Of a DNA stretch of 64,000 bases, positions 1 through 13,000 are shown one piece after another (within the stretch, counting starts at the first letter, position 1; every line of letters starts with the position of its first letter). Position numbers and translations under genes: made by a program. Under the pieces are notes generated by a model. The model saw nothing but the letters and a program-made list of their open reading frames with translations. It was not told the origin of the DNA and ran no database searches. This DNA comes from Lingula anatina (taxonomy: Eukaryota; Animalia; Brachiopoda), in assembly GCA_051362555.1 (NCBI GenBank), contig CM120647.1:2604001-2668000 (forward strand). The letters run 5' to 3'.

Positions 1-534
1 TTGAAAATTCCAAAAGAATTCATCTGTTTTTTGTATTACCTTTCAGAAGATATAAGTTTAATAATTTTCTGATCAGTTTGAAAAAATTTCTGATATAAAT
101 GTCTGGACTCGATGAGAATTTCACCTACATGCACATACTGAGGTGTAAAAATAGGCTAATCACAAGTATTTCAGTACCTCCCTTACTTTTATGTCTGGGT
201 AGATAATTTTAGCTATAAATACAGACTAAAAACGTGATTAAACCCCGTGGTTTGAACTATATTACTTCTACTGGCGTTATAAATTTCCTATAACCTTGTG
301 TTTGTTGCTTGAGTTCCACTTGCTAGTGCCAAGCTGCTGTGTGGATGAAGTGCCGAATGGGACAAGTGGCTACCATAATTTGACGTGAAATGCTGATACA
401 AAATTCCTACTACTGGGATAAGGTTGATAAGCAATTTACCTTCTGGTTCATTTTTTGCCAGTAAATCCTAGGAAATTGAACAACAGTTTGTTTTGACTGA
501 GTTGCCAGTTGGATTCAGCTGCCGGAGTTCACGA

Positions 535-750
535 CCGGAAGTAAATAAAATGTCTTAGCATCATGGGTGATATTTTAAAACTACCAAGCATTAAGATTTA
601 TCATTGATTACCAAAAGTATCCAAACCATAGAGAGTATAATGCTTTGCAAATGAATGACAGTAAAAAAAAAAACATATATCTTACATTAGTGCTAATATT
701 ACATCTCGCTTTAACACGGGAATGTACGAGACCAAGATGTCAGCGCCCAT
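535..750 (+). promoter_or_regulatory. Putative housekeeping-type promoter of DDX54 (ETS site plus YY1-like site)
   Basis: CCGGAAGT (ETS/GABP consensus) at 535-542 and AAGATGTCAGCG (YY1-like AAGATGGCG variant) at 734-745, upstream of the ATG at 875. Function is inferred only. Confidence 0.4.
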
Positions 751-874
751 TAGTTACACGTTTGTTGCAGAATGCATTGAGCGTTAAACTTTACTTTATG
801 CTCGGATGAAATAAATCTGCAATTTTAGATAGTTTTAATTTAAGGTATTTAAACTATTGAGTAGGTCAACAGAT

Positions 875-1078
875 ATGGGTAAAAACAAAAGCAGGAGTTT
901 GAAGAAGTTTCAAAAGCAAGCTGTCTCAAGGCCGAAAAAAGTTTTGAAAGACAGAAAAGCTAGCTCAAACTCAACACAAAATGTCAGGCAACTTGTAACG
1001 TGGAAATCTAAAGGAAAGGCGAAAAATGTACAGAATACCGATTCAGAGTTGGAAGAAGTTACTGCTGGATATGAGAAG
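875..1078 (+). CDS. DDX54: DDX54 coding exon 1 (Lys-rich N-terminus)
   Basis: ATG at 875, [11 protein letters not shown]...GYEK, donor GTAACC at 1079, phase 0 matches exon 2. Poorly conserved region, so this is the least certain exon. Confidence 0.75.
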
Positions 1079-4000
1079 GTAACCGTAGACTTCTGATAAA
1101 TCTGTTTTAATTTAATCATTATTTTTCAGTCAGCTAAGACCGAAGTGTTGTGTTTGTTTTGGTATTTTTTTTCTCTAAGCCTCCATACCTACTGCCACAT
1201 ATATAGCCTCAGATCAAACTATGTAACCCCAATAAAAATGAATAAGTAAGACGTTTGAGACGTTGAATTTTATTATTATTGACATCTTGTGGCGGTTTAT
1301 GTATCTCGGGGCTCCTTTGGGTCAATGCAGGGTCTTTAAATTAAACTGCAGCTTTTAATGTGTTGTCAGTTCCATTGTTCAGTTGCAATTCAAAGTGACG
1401 TCTGTTGTCATTAAAGGAATTCACCCAGAACCTGTTGGGGCCAACTCTATACCCCCCCCCCCCCCCCCCCCCCCCCCCCCAGCACATACACACATCCCAC
1501 AGAAATACTGTACTGTACTGTAGTATAATTATAATATTTGAAATGGTGTAACATATTCAAAAAGCATCAATTATTAACTATTGGTGTTTTTTTATCTCTT
1601 ATTAAAAATAAAATCTTTTTCATGTAATTTTTTCTTGATGTCTTCCTTCCTGCTTTAAGTCATGTAAAAGAGGAGCTTTTGAACAATATACTGAAAGTGT
1701 TAAATCAATTTTTATATTTTGAAGTCAAAAGTAATAATGTGTTTTAATAATTTTAGATATATTTTGAAGTCAAAAGTAATAATGTGTTTTAAAAATGTTA
1801 GATATATGTGCAGTTCCTTAGTCAACAATGCAGATTTTACTTTTATGGGTTGTTATAATGTAAATAGTTTTTCTGGATTGAAGTAGTTTACCACAGGTTG
1901 ACCTTCTCAGTCAATCCAGTTTGATGTCCAGGCTGTGACATGTATAAAGTTTTTACACTGTGTGTTCACCATTGCAGTGGCAGGTTCCTAAAGATGTGGA
2001 GCAGGATTCTGGAGATGAGGAGACAGAAACAAGAAAAATGTTGACGGAGCAAAACAAGAAAAAAAGAAAATCAGGAGGCTTTCAATCTATGGGTAACATC
2101 ACTACATTTGTTTTTTTTAATGTGTTTTAAGAAATGCATTATGAAATTGTGTCAGTTGGATATCATGGTTATCTGTTCATTTCAAGTGCTTTTTTTCTTT
2201 CTTATCGTAGTTATACAAGGTTTATTTTTATGACGTATAAGGCCTTAATAAAATATATACCACTGGCAGGTTGTATATAACATATAATCTGTTGTAATTA
2301 CTTATTGTTGTTATATAATATAAGGTAATCAGTCCAATGTGGCCTTATGTCCCACACGGGAAGAAGAGGAATGATGATGATGATATAGTCCAATTTAGAA
2401 CACTGCTTGAAAATGTTGTGTACATTTCTAGAATAATCTTACTCCATAAATATGTTTATTTTCAGGATTATCCTATTCTGTGTACAAAGGTGTTACACGT
2501 AAAGGTTACAAGATACCAACTCCTATTCAGAGAAAGGTAAAAGAGAGTTAAGGCCGGTGATAGTAAAAGGACCAAAGTCATAGAAACAAAGCCCTGGGCT
2601 TATAAGTTTTTATAAAAAATTAAAACATACTTCCCAAAAGGCCAATTAAAGACGGGGATTAAGTACAGTGTCCAACGGATGACGCTCTGGCGCCAATTTG
2701 AGGGGAAAAATGCCGTTTTCGGTATTGGGATTTTCTCTATAACCAAGACAGCTATTCAAGTGATTCAAAAGGCCTCATAAAGCTGGGTGAAAGCACTACA
2801 GCGTGGTACCAGGGAATTGTCTTAAACTATTTACTTCTGATTTTATCATCTTTTACGTTAAATCAGCCCATATTTCAATAGGTTATTCACTTCAAAAGGC
2901 AATAACTTTCAAACAAACAATTTCCTTTTCAACCCCTGATATCATGCTGTAGTCCACATTCCTAACAACAATAGGTGCAACTTTTGTAACGATAGGTTGC
3001 TCAGATAGTGAGATATACTTGGCAGCGATTCACTTTTCTCGTCAATATAGAAAGCTGTTAAAACAGCCAAAAACGTTCACAGGTTGGTTAACAGGGCTTA
3101 TTAGTCAAATGCTTAGCTGGCAATTTTACCTGTTATCGGTTATACGATCAGATGGAACCATTGCTTATTGTCATCTAAAAATATTTTGTTTGGGTGCTTT
3201 GAAGGGGCAGAAAATCGTGCTTTTGTTACATTTTCCGACCACTCGTTAGGCATGTAAGCGTGCCGCCATTTTGATTGACAGCTCTGGAGAGGGCCCTAGC
3301 CTAGTGATGCCCCGTAGGGTGTCAAGGATATGTAGAAGGAAGCGCTAACAAAGGCGATTACGTTTAGCCGCAATTAAGAGGTGTGAAGTTGCATTTGAAC
3401 GTTTCAATGGCTCTTCCTCGGCAATCGAGTAATTTTACCTGAGAGATTCCTTCTTTGTTATCGGCAAAGTGATCAGATAAAACTGTGTCGAGAGGAAGTG
3501 TCCGTCACTTGTGTTGATACGAGATTTTTGACGGGTAACGCTGCAGGATTATTTTGCACGGCACTTGGTAGTTGTCAGATCAACGGAAAAATCCAGTGAT
3601 TACTTCAGAGCGGTCTCGCTCAAAATGCCAGCTAAGATAAAGGGGAGACGCTCAGCTGCACAAGATTCAGCGGTAAAAGAGGCTGAGAGAAGGCTTTTGA
3701 ATAAATATTTTATTTTTACACACATAACACTTAGACCCTATTTGCTTTTTACCTGCTAGCCTTGACTATTCTCGGGGTCTTTTTGTGATTTTCATTTTTG
3801 GACACTTGAACTCTTTCTTCCCTCTTGATCAGTGATTTTGAAATGGTTTTTCTCCAAATATCGCAAAATGCAAAGCCGCTAACATGCGTTTTTATTTTTA
3901 TTGTTTTAATCATGCTGTCAACCTTTGCTTGGATTTCTCTTGTTTGGCCATTCAAATCACAATTTTTCGCGTGTCTCTCAAGCTCCATGATATCATATCT

Positions 4001-7000
4001 TGGAGAATAAAATTTTATTTTGTCAACATTAGATTTACCTTTTGCAAACGGCGACCAACAATCATTTCCGGTTTCGTAACGTGTCGCAGATACGCTCGAC
4101 GATATATATCGCAAAAATTAAAGGCTAGGCTAAAAGTATCCTTTTTTAGCTTTTTTTATTTATGTATTTATCGATTTTTCTTTCATTTGTCAATTAATTT
4201 AGACGTTTCGATTAACTCTTTCACCCATTTATTAGGTATACAGAAATCAGTCATCCGACTGAACAAATAGGGCCGGTTTTCCCCAACCGCCACGCATAGG
4301 CCTTACTCTGAAAATTTTCCTTCTTTCCTCTGGAAAGGGACTTTTAACACGAACTTTTCTCTTCCCCATAGTGTACTAGCTAGACTTCTTCGCTGCTAAG
4401 CTGATGTAAGACTTATGACCTATTACCGCACACGTAATCGGCTTATAACTCATTAACTGTGCTCCGACCCCCTCATGGCAACGGCCCTTAGTAACAGAGG
4501 CGTGGCTTAGTTGTCAGCCTGACTGGGGCGCGTGCCGGTTGAAAAACTCATCAAAAGACGCATTTTGCGATGCAAATTCATAAAAATTATTACATCCAAC
4601 GTTAGATACTTTTTTGATTAATATAAACACACAAAAAACTCAAAAACATGATTTTAAGCGTATTTAACCCTATCACCGGCCTTAATGGTGTTTTTGCAGG
4701 TACTTCATTTCATCCAAAATTATCAAGTCAAATTTTCTTTTGTGGTGACAATTTGAATGTTTGAATCTCTTTTATTGGGAAAGGAACTTTAAGCCAATGG
4801 GACTGTTCACCAATTGTAATTTCCAAAATTTGCAGTCCTGTATCCATGATGTAAATAATTTCTATTGATGTGAAGTTATGGTCTTTTAGACATGACCGGA
4901 ATATTACACTATGACAGTGTAATTTTCAAATTTTGCAGTTCAGTATCCAAGGTGAATATAATTTCTATTGATGTGCAGTTATAGACATGGCCAGAATATT
5001 ACACTATGACAGTGGGAATTATAATAGGAACCCACACTAAATCCTAATGTCAGTTATTTACACTATGACAGTGGGAATTATAATAGGAACCCACACTAAA
5101 TTCTAATGTCAGTTATTTACACTATGACAGTGGGAATTATAATAGGAACCCACACTAAATCCTAATGTCAGTTATTTACACTATGACAGTGGGAATTATA
5201 ATAGGAACCCACACTAAATCCTAATGTCAGTTATTTACACTATGACAGTGGGAATTATAATAGGAACCCAGACTAAATCCTAATGTCAGTTATTTACACT
5301 ATGACAGTGGGAATTATAATAGGAACCCACACTAAATCCTAATGTCAGTTATTTACACTATGACAGTGGGAATTATAATAGGAACCCACACTAAATCCTA
5401 ATGTCAGTTATTTACACTATGACAGTGGGAATTATAATAGGAACCCAGACTAAATCCTAATGTCAGTTATTTACACTATAACAGTGGGAATTATAATAGG
5501 AACCCAGACTAAATCCTAATGTCAGTTATTTACACTATGACAGTGGGAATTATAATAGGAACCCAGACTAAATCCTAATGTCAGTTATTTACACTATGAC
5601 AGTGGGAATTATAATAGGAACCCACACTAAATCCTAATGTCAGTTATTTACACTATGACAGTGGGAATTATAATAGGAACCCAGACTAAATCCTAATGTC
5701 AGTTATTTACACTATAACAGTGGGAATTATAATAGGAACCCAGACTAAATCCTAATGTCAGTTATTTACACTATGACAGTGGGAATTATAATAGGAACCC
5801 ACACTAAATCCTAATGTCAGTTATTTACACTATGACAGTGGGAATTATAATAGGAACCCACACTAAATCCTAATGTCAGTTATTTACATTAGGACAGTGG
5901 GAATTATAATAGGAACCCACACTAAATCCTAATGTCAGTTATTTACACAGTTATATACCTGAATAGAAAATACTCTTCGCCTATTTCAGACAATGCCAGT
6001 TATAATGGATGGGAAGGACGTGGTGGCCATGGCAAGAACAGGCTCAGGGAAAACAGCTGCATTCCTGATCCCTATGTTTGAGAAACTGAAGGCTCATTCA
6101 GCCAAGTCTGGTGCCAGAGCTCTGATCATGTCACCTACCAGAGAGCTGGCAGTCCAGACTCTCAAGTTTACTAAGGAGGTCAGTTATCACTTAATGCTCT
6201 GTCTGGGTGGTCCTGGTCAACAGGATTTTCATGCTGCATGAGCCATAGTTCTCTAGTATGACCTGTGTAAATATGTTTTAAGCATTTAACCTATATGACT
6301 GAAAGAAGTGATTGGATAGATACTTTTAGTACCAAAATGCAGAGTCATGTCTATATGATAAAAGTGGCACAATGGTTTTATTTTCAGCTTGGGAAGTTCA
6401 CTGGACTTAGGTCAGCAGTGATCCTTGGCGGAGACAAGTAGGTGGTTAGCCAAACATGGCATATTCATTAATTCATGTTGAATTTTAGGACATTTTTATG
6501 ACATTTCATAAATCTTTCACAGAGATGTAAAGTAGTGATGTGTTAGCAGCCTTGCAGTAATTTGAACTGAAATCCTGTGGTGAAGGCAGTTGATCCAGGT
6601 AGGTTGTTAGGAAAATTACTGTCACTTTAAGTTGTTTATGTAATGTGTCTTGGCAAGAGACATAACATAATTTTTTTTATACTTAATCGCTGATGCGGTT
6701 TTAATATGTAAATATGTTTGGGGGGGAGGGGGGGGGGGATAACCAAAAAGATATGGCAGGTGAGACATGGTGTGACTCTTAGACCTTTTATCATGGCATG
6801 TAGTGAAGTCAGTTATTTCAGTGAAATGGTAGTAAGTTATTCCATCATATTTTGTAGTGAAGCGGGTTATTACACTAAAAATGTGCTTGTTTTCAGGATG
6901 GAGGACCAGTTTGCTGCCTTACATGAAAATCCAGATATGTAAGTCTGAAATTGTTTTTCAATTTGATATTTTTATATGATGTTCAAAACATTTGGAGTAA

Positions 7001-10000
7001 AGAAAAATTAGATCAGAATGGCTGCGTGTGTGTGTGTGTTTGTGTGTGCGTGTGTGTGTGTGCGTGTGTGTGTGTTTATTTTGTTACATGTGTGCATTAT
7101 TTTTCACAGCATCATAGCGACACCAGGCCGATTCCTTCATGTTATGATGGAAATGGACTTAAAACTGAGCTCTATGGAGTATGTTGTCTTTGATGAGGCA
7201 GATCGTCTCTTTGAAATGGGCTTTCAAGAGCAGTTGCAGGAAGTTCTGAAACGTCTCTCAGACAATCGTCAAACCCTACTGTTCTCAGCTACCTTGCCAA
7301 AGTTGTTGGTGGATTTTGCCAAGGCGGGACTGACTGACCCAGTTTTGATCAGGCTGGATGTTGATACTAAACTTAGTGAACAATTAAGGGTAAGGTAATA
7401 TCAAGTTCATTTTAACAAAAGAGAATGTCATACGGCATAAATTAAGGATTTAGTAAAATGCTAGTCAGCCTACTTGATTGGAGATATTGTATTGATGCAA
7501 ATTCATTTTGATTCTCTTGTGACTTGAAAGAAGATGAAAAATTTAAAGCCTTTGTTTATGATTTTGAAATGTCCACTTGTTGCTTAAATTGTTAAAACAC
7601 ATATTGATCTAAGTTTACCCAAATAGAAAATATTATTAAAAAGCGTGAACGGCAGAGGTGTTGCACAGGTTACTGTGTTCTCTTATTCTGTAATGTTCAT
7701 TCCAGCTTGCTTTCATCCAGTGCCGAGCAGACGACAAGGTCTCTGTGTTGCTGTATCTGCTGCACAATATTATCCAGCCTACAGAGCAGACGGTCATCTT
7801 TGCTGCCACCAAACATCATGTGGAGTACCTGCATATGGTAGCATTGTACATGTTATAACAACCATATCAGAGGACACTATATATTGTGCATACTCTTGTG
7901 TTAAAACACACATGCACTCACACGCAAAGCAGACACTGCTGTATGTACTGAGCACTCTTGTGAATGTATGAAAACACACTTGTGTGTGTACACATACACT
8001 CGCAAACACTCTTTTTGTGTATGCCTCATATTCTTATCAGTCTGCTGTAATTCCAGATCCTCACCCAGGCAGGAATAACCAGCACTTACACATACAGTGA
8101 CCTTGATCAGACAGCAAGAAAAATCAACGTAGCCAAATTCCAGCTGAAGAAGTGCATGGTGCTGCTAGTGACGGACCTGGCCGCCAGAGGGATAGATATT
8201 CCACTGCTGGATAATGTGATTAATTATAACTTCCCTGCCAAACCCAAGTTGTTTGTTCACAGAGTTGGTAAGGCTCATTCTGCGCTGTGCTGGATATAAT
8301 GTGTTTACAGAGTTAATTTTCAGAAAGGCAAAATTCTTAACTGTGCCAAACAAAGAGAGACCAAATAAAGCTTTGAACAATTATGCATGTATAATATATT
8401 AATTTATTTTTCCAGGCAGAGTTGCCAGAGCAGGAAGGAATGGCACAGCATTCTCTTTGATATCATCAGATGAAGTCGCTTATGTTTTTGACCTTCATTT
8501 ATTTCTGGGACGACCTCTAAACTTTGCCTCCATGACTGCAGCAGAGTCAGCAGGTGAGGATATAGAAGACGAGTCACAGATAGAATGAAGACTTAACAGG
8601 GTTCAACTGTATTATGTCATTAATATCCAACAAAATTGATTTATCATATTTACCAGAGTGTTTATGATGTATGAAAAGGATGGTTTGAAATCTTGAAAAG
8701 CTAGTTGAGTTCATATTAGAAAGCACCTGTTTTTTTGGGAAACTCAAAATGACAAATTTTAAGAATGTGGATAGCATAAGTTTGTTTGAAAAATGAGTAC
8801 TTTGTAGTCTTGTCAGCAGTTATCCACCTTAGTTAATGTGATTCAAAATATTATGGTGAAAACCAGTTTTATAAGAGCCGGACACTTATCCTTAATTTCA
8901 GATTTATCCAAATCAATATGATAGTAGTAATTGAATAACTAGTTTGTTTAATTGATTAGTACCAAGGCTTTCCTCAGATAGCTGTTCAGCAGTCATTTGA
9001 ACAGCACTTGCCTCAAAAGACTGTCTATATTTTCAAAACATCTTGATGGCTTACAAAATTATTGGGGAATGATGGTGTATTTGTAGTTGGACTCCTTGTA
9101 AATTGGTGACCAAATTACAGATCAACATTTTAGACACCATGCACCTCAAATCCTGGGGAAACCCCCTGATTATAACTCTATTTTTTTCTCAAAGACCCTA
9201 AAACTCGGTTATTTTTTCTCAAAAACCCTAAAGCTCATAGTCTACATTGCTGACTTTCTGAACTCGGGCTGGGTAATGAGTAGTTTTGTTGTGTTCATCA
9301 CAGTTAATCACAGTTTTCGGATTTTAATCCTTTAGATCCCAATCCTGATGGCGTGTATGGCAGAATTCCTCAGTCTTTGGTGGATGACCAGGACCAAATC
9401 CTTCAAATATGGCAGTCTACCTCAGTCGAATTGGTGAGGAAATGTTTTTCAAGTTTTGTATATTTATTCATTAAAGTTTCAACTGGATTGAGGAAAAGAC
9501 CTTAATATTGCAATTCTCAATTATTTCAAACCTAAAATAAGTGCAATGAAGACTGTGTGAAGACCTAGTGTCTAGGTTATTATGTGATGTTGTAATAAGG
9601 CAAGCAGCAGAATATTTTTTCCTTCATTTGACATGTTTGGGTTTCAGGAGGGTATGAAGAAAGTAAGTGATAATGCCTACAAAGGTTACCTGCGGTCAAG
9701 GCCTCCTGCCTCAAGTGAGTCCATTAAGAGGTCCAAACAGATCCAGGAGCAGCACATAGGGATCCACCCTCTGTTCAGTGAGTTTTATCTCAGTGAAGAT
9801 TAAATCATTAAGTCCTGTTTGTAAAAATTTCACGACTTTATTGCAGGAGAAGATTACTGATTGGCAGAGATAATTTCAAGAGCTTTGGTGATAATTTACC
9901 CTTTCCAGGATCTGCTGATGCTGAGCTGGACAATTTAAGAGCCAAACTGCTGAATAGCATGAAAAACTACAGACCAAATACAGTAAGAATTTAGTGTCTT

Positions 10001-13000
10001 TTACAAAAACTACAGATCCAGTACAGTAAGAATTGATCGTCTTCATCAAATGTATCCATTATTGTAGTATATTATAATGAATATTTTGCAGAATGGTTTG
10101 AACTGTTCCTGTTTGTCGTATTGCTGGGAAGAGATATAATAGTTGAATGTATGTCCATGTTGTAGACAATATTTGAAGTGAATTCCACGGCCAGGTCCCA
10201 AGCATTTGGTGTGATGAAGGAGAAGAGGGAGAAACACAGCAAGGTGATCACGACCAAGAGAAAGTATACAGAGGAGGAGGATGGAGGGAAGAAGGGAGGG
10301 CAAAGTGTCAGGTTGGAAGCATGTGAGCCAAGCACTGAGGAGGAGTTGAAGGTGAGAAGTGCAGGAAGTTGACAGGCTCTGGCATCATTCTGAGAAAATC
10401 CAGACCCAAGTTTGCTCCTGCAACCTTGTAAAAGAACACTCAGTGATGAGGTATTTTTTCATCCATGCATCCAAGACAAAAATTTCATTTTGTGTATCAA
10501 AATTAAGCAGTCATGTCACAAAAATTGGAGATCATTTGTTTGGTCCTGTCAGATTTTGTATTTAATTGGTCTCCCCTAATTGGTCTCTACTGATGGTTAA
10601 AAACCGAAAACAGGAATCTGTGCATATTGCCTGTGAGTCGGAGACACACAGTAGGGATCTTTTTTCTCTTCTTTTACAGAACACATTTGCAAAGGTCATA
10701 GTTCCTAAGAAATATGATGAAAATTTTAAACCAAAGAAAAAGAAAAGAAAAACAGTAGTGGTTAAGGATGAAGAATTTTATGTTCCCTACAAGCCAAAAG
10801 ACTTTGAATCAGAAAAGGGGTAAGCTATATTTTGGTAGAATGGTGAGCATTGGGACCAAGAAAAGCAAAGGCAGGGTGAAGAATTCTTAAGCAGGAGAAA
10901 ACTCCATCAGAGAGAAAAGAAGATATGCTTCTTGTACATCCCTTGTCCTTCAATGTTTTGTTAATTTTTGTCTGAAAAGTTACTGATATTACTATTTTTA
11001 CAATTTGAAATTTAGTTTAGTTGGTTATAGTTTTATCAATAGTAGGCCTAGATGTGCATTTTTGAAAATACATTTCTTTTTTTGTGACATCAGATTTTCA
11101 TCTTGCAGCATTAGTACAAGCGAAGAATGACTTCCCCTCCCACACACACACACACTCACACACACACACACACACACACTTCAGATGAGTGGAGGCAGTG
11201 TGGCCATGCCTTCCTGCTAATGTCTTGTGTCAAACATGTTTTTACAGGAATAATTATATATTATTTGTAACAGAATAATTTGAAACAGAAGCTGTTTTGT
11301 TCCAGAAGTAACTGTGCAGCAAAAATGTGATTTTAAAACCTTAATGATGCAATATATTTCTATTTGTTCAATATTCTATTCTCCAGGTTAAGTGTTGGCT
11401 GTAGCTTTGACCAGCAAGCAGCCAGTGCAGTGTTGGACCTGACAGGGGATGAAGACAGCAACATGAGAAAGATGCAAGGACACCTGAAATGGTACATTTT
11501 CCTCAGAAACATTTTGATGAAATTTTCAAGATAGGTCTGAAAAATATTAAATAGTGATTGGATTTTGGTGGTGGCAGATTAACTAAAGGTTACTTTTTAT
11601 ATACAGATACTGTAAGTGTTAATTCTTATATACAGACACTGTAAGGTTTAGTTTTTATATACAGACGCTGTTAGTGTCTGTCTGGTCTGTCTGTCTGTGT
11701 CCTTGCTGTGCCCGGCACTGTGAATGTTGTTGTTCAACACATCACACTCGCCCCATAACTTCCAAACCGCATTTTTTTTTACTTTAAATTTACCAAGTGG
11801 CTTTGTTTGGTAAAGAGGCAGGTTGCTTTCCAAAATCAGCATGATTGGTCTTAATTTACAGTATTTATTATGTTTTTTTTACCTGTAGTCCATAATGTAA
11901 GGTGGTAAGAGTGATTATGCTATTTTAAAGCATTATGTTCCAGTGCATCAAAATTGGCCAAAAGCACTTTTTCTGTGTAATGTGTTTACATTTGACAGCC
12001 TGGTGTCTTTATATTTGTTAGCTTTGCTGTCTAGTTTTCTGACCGTGATCAACATTAAGCAAAAGTTATGGAGGGATATGGTGAAATTTTCAGGAGTGTA
12101 TAGGATGGGCTAGATTTTGCCAGTGATTAATTAATTAATTGTTAAATGATAAATAGTAATTATGATAATAATGATAATTATTGAGTCATCCTAGCAAATG
12201 TTTGCAGTAATGAATGCCTTTGTAATTTTTTTATGAAAAGGTTTGTGTCTGTTTAGCTGAACACAGTTAACTTTACAGGGACCGCAAGAAAAAGAAGTAT
12301 TTAAGGGAGACTGGTCCAGGGAAAGATGGAACAAAGAAGAAGATTAAGACAGAAAGTGGCACTTGGATTGCAGCCACATACAAATCTAATGTGTATCCTT
12401 TGATGTTATCTTATATTTTGATGTGACAGTATGGTATAAAGTTATGTGGAAGAAATGAAAGTGCTTATGAACTTCTTGAACGGTGTTTAACAATTCTTGT
12501 TATTCTCTAGCATGTCTTGGTGGCATGGCTCTGTTAAATGGTATTTACACTTGATACTTAATGACTTTATAGGTGTAAAAATGATGGAAGATGTGATTTC
12601 TATGGTTATTCAATCATTTCTGTGATTTTGATGATAACAAAACCTTAATTCCCACAAACAGATACAAAGACTGGCTAGAGAGGAACAAGGTGTTAGAGCA
12701 AGAAAGGGGGGAGGATCAAGAGAGTGAGGGGAAGACACATGAGAGGAAAGGAAACTTTCAGGTCTTGGGACACAAGAGAAGAGGAAGAGGGCGTAAGTGA
12801 CGGCGCAGTTTTTATATTTACTTAATTGATTAATTTTTTATGTATACATGTACATAAATAAGTGCATATGATAGTATAATATTAAATATAAATTATAGGC
12901 ACTTTCTAATAATTACTCTCTGAAGTTTTAGACTGAAAAATATCATGGTTTCATCTCCCTTGCTTAAGTCAAGTTAATGATAGCTTGTATTTTTTGCATT

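Noticed and set aside
3019-4270. ORFs inside the TTAA-flanked element as a transposase gene
   Set aside because: They are short and overlapping, with no DDE or THAP motifs that I can recognise.
4498-4550. tRNA/SINE head (TGGCTTAGTTG A-box-like)
   Set aside because: No convincing B box or cloverleaf.
2552-4681. piggyBac assignment for the TTAA element
   Set aside because: Termini begin GG rather than the CCY typical of piggyBac. Kolobok fits better.
5001-5948. 59-bp repeat as a CRISPR or ncRNA cluster
   Set aside because: The whole unit is repeated with no variable spacer, and no snoRNA box pair or tRNA fold is evident.
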